DNA of 64,000 nucleotides from an uncultured Nitrospiraceae bacterium. Lineage in GTDB: Bacteria > Nitrospirota > Thermodesulfovibrionia > Thermodesulfovibrionales > UBA6898. Made by a program: the position numbers and the translations under genes. The stretch lies in contig CAWEQH010000010.1 in the NCBI GenBank assembly GCA_963811165.1, positions 672,001-736,000 of the forward strand, in the 5' to 3' direction. This document shows, piece after piece, positions 58,317 to 64,000 of the stretch (position 1 is the stretch's first letter; each line of letters opens with the position of its first letter). The notes under the pieces were generated by a model. The model worked only from the letters and a program-made list of their open reading frames with translations. It made no database searches and had not been told where the DNA came from.

Positions 58317-58479
58317 TGCGAAATCTCCCGTGCATCCATACTACTGACCGCACATTGCTTTTTAGAACAGAGCGTTCAATCTGCTACCGCAAATGGTTTA
58401 GGCAAAAAGACGTTGGACCCATATTTACCTAGTATATCACGCCCAGATCTCCCAAGGCCACCGGCTTCTGTGGCCTTTC

Positions 58480-59334
58480 TCAGCCCTTTTCTTCCTTCGG
58501 CTTCATCCAAACCAAAAAAGGACAGAGTTTGCACATGTTGAAGCCGGGATATGTCTCTCCTGTGCGCGGGAACGATGTCCCTTTGTCTCTCACCGTCCGC
58601 TCAAGCATCCACCGTACTGTCGGCTCGAGCTGGCTGCCGGGCCATATCCAGTTTATCTCTCCCTGCTCGGTCTTCCCGGCGGTATAGCTGCCGCTGCACA
58701 TAGGAGTAATGTTTGGCTTATTGGTGAGGTACACAGAGGCGACCCCATGGCAAGCAGAACTGTTCATCGTCATGGTCATTTCAAACGGATGAATGTCCAT
58801 TGCGGCGCACCAGTCGTTGCCGAGGTGGTATGCCTGAAGCACATCGCTCATCCCGTGAATGACATCGGGCTTGAATGGTGACTTGTGAAGCGGCGCAGTC
58901 GCAAAGGCCAACAATCCGCCCGGCAGCCTCTTCTTAGTTTTTACAAACCGTTCGGCCTGGGCCATGTCCTTTGTATATTTCATATGGCTCTTCACTTCGT
59001 CCTCGTCGAACTCTTTCCAGCCCCAGACAAACTTCGCATTTGCGCACCCCAGGTCCTTGACCGTACCCAGCAGGATGTCCCCTCTTTGCCTGGATGCAGC
59101 GAGATAATGGCAGAAGGTAAACGCGCGCGTACCCACTTTATAAGAGGCATTCTTTTTGAAGTCGGCCAGCTCACTCTCGGAAAAGAAGAACTTGACCGCA
59201 ACAGGGTAATATTTCATCCTCAGAAGGTTCCGAAGGGAAAAAACTATATCCGCATTGCTCAGTTCCTTCTTCTGAAGTATCGCCTTTGCAAATTCAACAT
59301 CGTTTAGCAGTATGGACGTATCGATCATGGTCAT
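58480..59334 (-). CDS. DUF169-family protein
   Basis: YYPVAVKFF, FCH, GCAN, APL...PF.PDV, SAC, PMCSG, CKLC. Confidence 0.7.
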   Translation of the reverse strand: MTMIDTSILLNDVEFAKAILQKKELSNADIVFSLRNLLRMKYYPVAVKFFFSESELADFKKNASYKVGTRAFTFCHYLAASRQRGDILLGTVKDLGCANAKFVWGWKEFDEDEVKSHMKYTKDMAQAERFVKTKKRLPGGLLAFATAPLHKSPFKPDVIHGMSDVLQAYHLGNDWCAAMDIHPFEMTMTMNSSACHGVASVYLTNKPNITPMCSGSYTAGKTEQGEINWIWPGSQLEPTVRWMLERTVRDKGTSFPRTGETYPGFNMCKLCPFLVWMKPKEEKG

Positions 59335-59349
59335 TTCTCCAATATGGAT

Positions 59350-59739
59350 TTAATATACTCCCAACAGGTTAAGCGCCAAAAGCAGAAGCCCTGCGACCGC
59401 AATCCTTTTTACCACAAGGGGGCTGACGCGTTTTGCGATCTGAGGTGCAATGAAGCCGCCCAATATCGCGGCCGGGAACATGATAAGAAAAAATGTCGCA
59501 TCGAAATTCCCGAACATGTAGTGACGCGTCGTACCCATAAGAGTGTTGAAAAAGATCGCAAGCAGAGAACTCCCAACTACCACATACATAGGCAGCCCAA
59601 GCCCCACCGTCATAAGCGGGACCATGAAAGGGCCGCCGCCGAAGCCGAACATCGAGGAGACGACCGCGATCAGAAACCCTCCTATGCAGCCCAAAAGAAT
59701 GTTTATCTTAAATTCGTGTCCCCAGAATTCTACTATCAT
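59350..59739 (-). CDS. TauE/SafE (TSUP) family half-transporter
   Basis: SSMFGFGGGPFMVP..VVGSSL; about 4 TM. Confidence 0.82.
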   Translation of the reverse strand: MIVEFWGHEFKINILLGCIGGFLIAVVSSMFGFGGGPFMVPLMTVGLGLPMYVVVGSSLLAIFFNTLMGTTRHYMFGNFDATFFLIMFPAAILGGFIAPQIAKRVSPLVVKRIAVAGLLLLALNLLGVY

Positions 59740-59752
59740 TATCTTCTCCTCC

Positions 59753-61021
59753 CTATGCCTTTTTGCCTGCGGCCTCTTCGGCCTTTTTCTTGAATTCCTT
59801 GAGTATCGCCTGTTCCTTCTTGTTCTTTGCGATATACCCCGGAGTGGTCTGCCAGAACATCAGCGCGGCCAGCACTATCAGGATCCATCCGAATACGAAC
59901 TTGAACTGGTCGAGCGTTATCATCTCGGTAAGCTTCGGGCCTATGAACCCACCCGCCACCATCGCAAGACCGATGGAGGTCCCGAGCTTCCAGCTGATAA
60001 ATTTGATCTTTGAATAATTGTAGATACCGCTCCCCTGCGAAAACAAAACGGTCGGCATCACGGTCCCTGCGACCACGGTGTGGGGCAGCGGCCAGATCGA
60101 AACCAGAAGCGGGTTCATGATAAATCCGCCCCCTGCGCCCATGAGCACACCGAATATCGCTATCACCAGGGTGAGGAAAAAAGGACCCAACAGATTGACG
60201 CTGGTTCCCGCATTAGAAAGGTACACATTCGGGAAGCTGATATTGTTTTCTATAAAGACCGGCTGACTTCTCACCTTTTTGTCGACCGCCGCCACAATAT
60301 TATACCTGCCGGGAGCGAGCCCCTTCCTGATATTAAGTACCGCCTTATAAGAGCCGTCGGGCTGCGTCCCGACATCCGCACTAAACACATTCTTCGGCGA
60401 CCTGAACCTGGCCTTTACGAGCTGCATCGAACGCTTCTTGTTCTCCTTTTCATCCATCTGGGGGAGGAGTTCCCCGCGCGAGCCGATGATGCTTCCCATC
60501 AGCGTTGCCTGGTATTTGTCTATCATGGTCTTTGCGGGCACTGAATAGACGCCTTCCGCCCCAAGGTCTTTCAGGGCCTTGGAGAAGCTCCACTTGCTGC
60601 CTTCCTTCTTTATCTTCTCAAGGTTTTCCTTCTGGTCCCTGGGAAGAAATATCTTGTAATATGAAGGCATAGTATGGGTCATATAAAGGACATAGGGCCT
60701 TTTGCCCGTGTCCTTGTCGACCTCGGCGTCGAACCTGGATGCCCGGACCTCTTTGTCGGACCAGACTTCAAGATATACAGGCATTCCCGCCGGAGCCCTT
60801 CCCGTGACCGTAATCGTGCCGCCGTTGTCCATGGAGGACTTATCGACCTCGATAGTCACAACGCCCGATGAAGCAAACTGTTTTTCGGCTGCTGCCATGG
60901 TTTCGTTTGCCGCGGCCGGCTTGATGTCCGGGGGTCTCTGCGCAGAACAAAAGACCGGCGACAACATCTTCAATCCGAAGAAAACGGCGATGCTCACCAA
61001 AAAAAGACGTTTCATTTTCAC
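59753..61021 (-). CDS. Exported soluble domain fused to a TauE/SafE half-transporter
   Basis: Signal-like N-terminus, ~250-aa soluble region, then GVLMGAGGGFIMNP..VAGTV and about 4 TM. Confidence 0.8.
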   Translation of the reverse strand: MKMKRLFLVSIAVFFGLKMLSPVFCSAQRPPDIKPAAANETMAAAEKQFASSGVVTIEVDKSSMDNGGTITVTGRAPAGMPVYLEVWSDKEVRASRFDAEVDKDTGKRPYVLYMTHTMPSYYKIFLPRDQKENLEKIKKEGSKWSFSKALKDLGAEGVYSVPAKTMIDKYQATLMGSIIGSRGELLPQMDEKENKKRSMQLVKARFRSPKNVFSADVGTQPDGSYKAVLNIRKGLAPGRYNIVAAVDKKVRSQPVFIENNISFPNVYLSNAGTSVNLLGPFFLTLVIAIFGVLMGAGGGFIMNPLLVSIWPLPHTVVAGTVMPTVLFSQGSGIYNYSKIKFISWKLGTSIGLAMVAGGFIGPKLTEMITLDQFKFVFGWILIVLAALMFWQTTPGYIAKNKKEQAILKEFKKKAEEAAGKKA

Positions 61022-61033
61022 CTCCGCATTTTT

Positions 61034-61456
61034 TTATCTAACGACAAGAACCGAGCATGGAGCATTGGCAACCACCCTCGAAGACACGCTCCCGATGACG
61101 GCCCTTTCCGTCGCCTGCTTCCCGCTGGAACCTACGACGACCAGATCAAACCCCATGTGGGTTGCATGGTCGCAGATGACATCGGCGGGTTTTCCTTCAA
61201 GGACCATCGTCTCGGCGACAACCCCTTTTTCCGCAAGCAGGGTTTTGACGCCCTCCATCGCGCCTTCGGTTTCCGCCCTGTATAGCCTCGTGACCGTATC
61301 GCAGTCGATCCCGATCTCACTGAAACACAAATTCGGGACAACAGAGATCACGGTCAGCGGGGCGGCGAAATTTCTCGCGAGCTCTGCCGCCTCAAGCAAT
61401 GCCCTGTCGGCATGGTCCGAGCCGTCATGTGCAACAAGGATCTTCTTCATACGCAC
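61034..61456 (-). CDS. Universal stress protein
   Basis: KILVAHDGS, DLVVVGSSG...IGSVSSRVV..APCSVLVVR. Confidence 0.92.
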   Translation of the reverse strand: MRMKKILVAHDGSDHADRALLEAAELARNFAAPLTVISVVPNLCFSEIGIDCDTVTRLYRAETEGAMEGVKTLLAEKGVVAETMVLEGKPADVICDHATHMGFDLVVVGSSGKQATERAVIGSVSSRVVANAPCSVLVVR

Positions 61457-61573
61457 CTCTCTTTCGTGTATATATTAGACGCATTTTGCCGGTAAACACA
61501 ACGGGGGAAATTTTTATTCAGACGATTTTCAACGGTGAAAGTCATTGTCGGGAAGGAGGGCGAGACAGTGGGG

Positions 61574-62764
61574 CTAGGACTTATGGTGACGGCCTTTCCT
61601 CTCATACATGTTCCTGTCGGCCTGTATAAGAAGCTCATCGAGAGAACAGGGATTTGAAGGATCGTACCAGGCTGAGCCGACGCTTGCTGAGAGTCCATAT
61701 TGACGGTTTGTTTTTTCGTTGCATATCTTAAGACCCTTCTGGAAGCGGGCGATAATAGCCCCGATATTTTCTCCGGTGGTTTCAACAGGAAAAACCACAA
61801 ACTCATCGCCGCCTATTCGGGCAACAGCGTCGGAATCACGGAAACTCTTCTTGAGGCAATCGGCCATCAGCGCCAATGCCAGGTCGCCCGCTTTGTGCCC
61901 CAACGTATCGTTAATCCGCTTCAGACCGTCCAGATCGACATAGAGCATAAATACCTTTGTCTTCTGTCTGTTTGCCAATTTTATATGCCTCTCGGCAACC
62001 GTAAAAAATCCGCGCCTGTTAAACAGGCCGGTAAGTTCGTCGGTAATGGACAATGCATGCAGCTTCCCTTCCATCATCTTAAGCTTGCTGATGTCCTTCG
62101 AAACAACCGTTACCGCAACTATCCTTCCTTCGGAGTCTTTCACGGGACTTAACGTCTGCAGATAATACCTGTCGTCCCTGGTGCTCTTATGCTCATGCTG
62201 GACGGAACGGCCTGCGCTGAAAACCAGATCGACGTTTTTCATAAACCATTCGGTTTCATCCGACAAATGAAATTCGCCGTACGAGCGGCCCTGCCATTCC
62301 CCCCCTGAAAACCCCATCGTCGCTATATGGTTTTTGTTCATATAAATGTATTTATAATCCGGGTCAACAAGATATATGGAATCGTCGGTCGACTCTATGA
62401 GGGAACGATATTTCTCCTCGCTTGATCGCAACGCTTCCTCCGTCCTTATACGCTGCGCCACCTCTTTTACAAGGTCCTGCTCGACACGTTTCTGCCCGGC
62501 AAAGGCCCTCCCCGCAAATATGCCGAATCCTATGAAAAATGCCGAGGTAAGCAGACGGAAGACGACTTCTTTTTTGTTGCCTATCAATACTTCGATAAAC
62601 GGCCCGTCGTAAAACATCAACTTTTCCATTGCCGCATGCAATACCCAGAAAGTCAGAGAAGCCGCTACCGAAAGCATGATTATCCAGTAGTTGATTTTCC
62701 TACTATCGTCCATACGAATATCCCGCATACCGTTTATGCCCTTCCCCGGCCATGGTCCCCCCAC
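61574..62764 (-). CDS. Membrane-anchored PAS-GGDEF diguanylate cyclase (start possibly 62713)
   Basis: Two TM segments, PAS, DELTGLFNRR, RDSD I-site, ARIGGDEF. Confidence 0.92.
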   Translation of the reverse strand: MGGPWPGKGINGMRDIRMDDSRKINYWIIMLSVAASLTFWVLHAAMEKLMFYDGPFIEVLIGNKKEVVFRLLTSAFFIGFGIFAGRAFAGQKRVEQDLVKEVAQRIRTEEALRSSEEKYRSLIESTDDSIYLVDPDYKYIYMNKNHIATMGFSGGEWQGRSYGEFHLSDETEWFMKNVDLVFSAGRSVQHEHKSTRDDRYYLQTLSPVKDSEGRIVAVTVVSKDISKLKMMEGKLHALSITDELTGLFNRRGFFTVAERHIKLANRQKTKVFMLYVDLDGLKRINDTLGHKAGDLALALMADCLKKSFRDSDAVARIGGDEFVVFPVETTGENIGAIIARFQKGLKICNEKTNRQYGLSASVGSAWYDPSNPCSLDELLIQADRNMYERKGRHHKS

Positions 62765-63027
62765 ATGTAATATACCGCAAAATTATTTCCGGGCAATGAG
62801 AAAAAGGGGTAATGCCCATTCCGTTCGTTCATTTTAGTTCTCCTTACGGGCAGATGGTCGCTACACATATATACACTTTCCAGGCTCACGGATGTGCAGG
62901 CCGAAAAGGAGTTGTTTAAGGTCTTCGGCTTTAATGTGCAATTTCCCCAAGAAATAGTCAATCCTACCCAGATAGGGGTATGCTATCTGTCCCCCCTCTG
63001 CGACATGTGGTCGCCCCGGAAAAAGTA

Positions 63028-63666
63028 CTAGACCCCCCGTTCGTCCGGACCGAAGATATATTTATGGATCTGTAGGTTAAGCCTCACTTGCAGTCTGTCC
63101 CCGACGATCCATCCCGCAAGCTGCGCCGGCGCGATCATCCCCAGTGCCGGCGAAAAAAGGACCTTTGCCCTGCCTTTCAGTCCGTGCCTGGCGATCAGGT
63201 CCCTGGACCATTCATAGTCGGCCCTGTCGCAGATAACGAATTTGACCTCGTCAGAAGGCTTCAAAAGGTCGAAGTTAGAGAAGTCCATGGCGTCGCTCAT
63301 GCGGCTTCCCGGGGTCTTCACGTCAAGGATGATCACCGCCCTTTTATCTATGCCTTGTATGCTGCACGAACCGTTCGTCTCGATCAAGACTTCATACCCC
63401 TCCTCAAGCAGGTCTCTGGTAAGCAACCGTGATTCCTCCTTCTGCAAAAGGGGCTCCCCCCCGGTGATCTCAACCAGGGCAACCCCTGCCAGTCCGACAC
63501 GGCTGATAATGTCGCCGGGGGTCATCTCGATGCCGTCGCCGTAGGAGTATTTAGTATCGCAGTAAAGGCATCTGAGGTTGCACCCGGCAAGCCTTACGAA
63601 CGTGCATGGCAGGCCGGCATATGTCGATTCCCCCTGTATGCTTGTAAATATCTCGCAGACCTTCAA
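63028..63666 (-). CDS. queE: 7-carboxy-7-deazaguanine synthase (radical SAM)
   Basis: EIFTSIQGE, FVRLAGCNLRCLYCDT, ITGGEPL, ETNG, QIHK. Confidence 0.9.
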   Translation of the reverse strand: MKVCEIFTSIQGESTYAGLPCTFVRLAGCNLRCLYCDTKYSYGDGIEMTPGDIISRVGLAGVALVEITGGEPLLQKEESRLLTRDLLEEGYEVLIETNGSCSIQGIDKRAVIILDVKTPGSRMSDAMDFSNFDLLKPSDEVKFVICDRADYEWSRDLIARHGLKGRAKVLFSPALGMIAPAQLAGWIVGDRLQVRLNLQIHKYIFGPDERGV

Positions 63667-63796
63667 GGATTCTCAGCAGTCTTCTTCCGGACTTCAGACA
63701 CAGGCTTTGATTTCCCGCAAGGCACGGAATACCTTCATAAAATTAGAATAAAACAGGGGGAGAGAAACTTTCAACCTTTCCTTATGGGAAAGCGCA

Positions 63797-64000
63797 TCAG
63801 GACCATTCCAATGCAAGCCCTTTAACGCTCTCCATGACCTGCTTTCTGATCACCGCCGGAGGATCGGACTCCATGACAACCCTGCCGTCGTCCAGGAGCG
63901 GGACAAGTATGTCTTCAAAGTTTTTCCCGCATGAGCAGGCGCGCGCGGCCCCACTGAGGGGCTCGATTTTCCTCGCCCCACAGCCAAGACATTTAAGCAC
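63797..64000 (-). CDS. C-terminal fragment, possibly nicotinate phosphoribosyltransferase (archaeal-like type)
   Basis: C..CG...CSCG...EDIL.PL...G......P..IR..V tail; runs off the window end. Confidence 0.45.
   Translation of the reverse strand: MLKCLGCGARKIEPLSGAARACSCGKNFEDILVPLLDDGRVVMESDPPAVIRKQVMESVKGLALEWS

Noticed and set aside
1..64000. tRNA, rRNA or prophage genes
   Set aside because: None recognised; the only tyrosine recombinase carries the IntI-specific insert.

Overview
A GC-rich bacterial chromosomal window. Gene content suggests an anaerobe of the Nitrospirota/Desulfobacterota type; this is inference only. (1) 1-15.7 kb, minus strand, respiration: a USP, a Tat Rieske protein, a cytochrome b fused to three c-type heme domains, gnd, and nuoA-L with fused NuoCD and a long NuoG. 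(2) 15.8-33 kb: a secreted delta-60 repeat protein, clpS-clpA-aat, a tight MATE / CysRS-paralog / B12-radical-SAM operon, PilZ proteins and an ABC-F, interspersed with REP/MITE-like elements. (3) 33.1-44.1 kb: a complete integron with a long-form IntI, a putative attI, 11 recognisable attC sites and about 12 cassettes. The cassettes encode small membrane proteins, a lipoprotein and four consecutive TA modules. An IS1182-family element sits exactly at one attC crossover GTT, and a second IS-end scar sits at another. (4) 44-64 kb: housekeeping genes (pyrD/K, greA, proS, RNase E/G, ychF, queE), a NosL / split-Soret cytochrome pair, DUF2844-DUF3443, and a split TauE/TSUP-DUF169 operon. Best candidates for undescribed biology: the CysRS-paralog operon (altered amino-acid pocket, no anticodon domain) and the attC-targeting IS1182 in an integron with relaxed core sites. 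Several single-base frameshifts, mostly in homopolymers, are probably sequencing errors. Family assignments come from motif recognition, not database searches.
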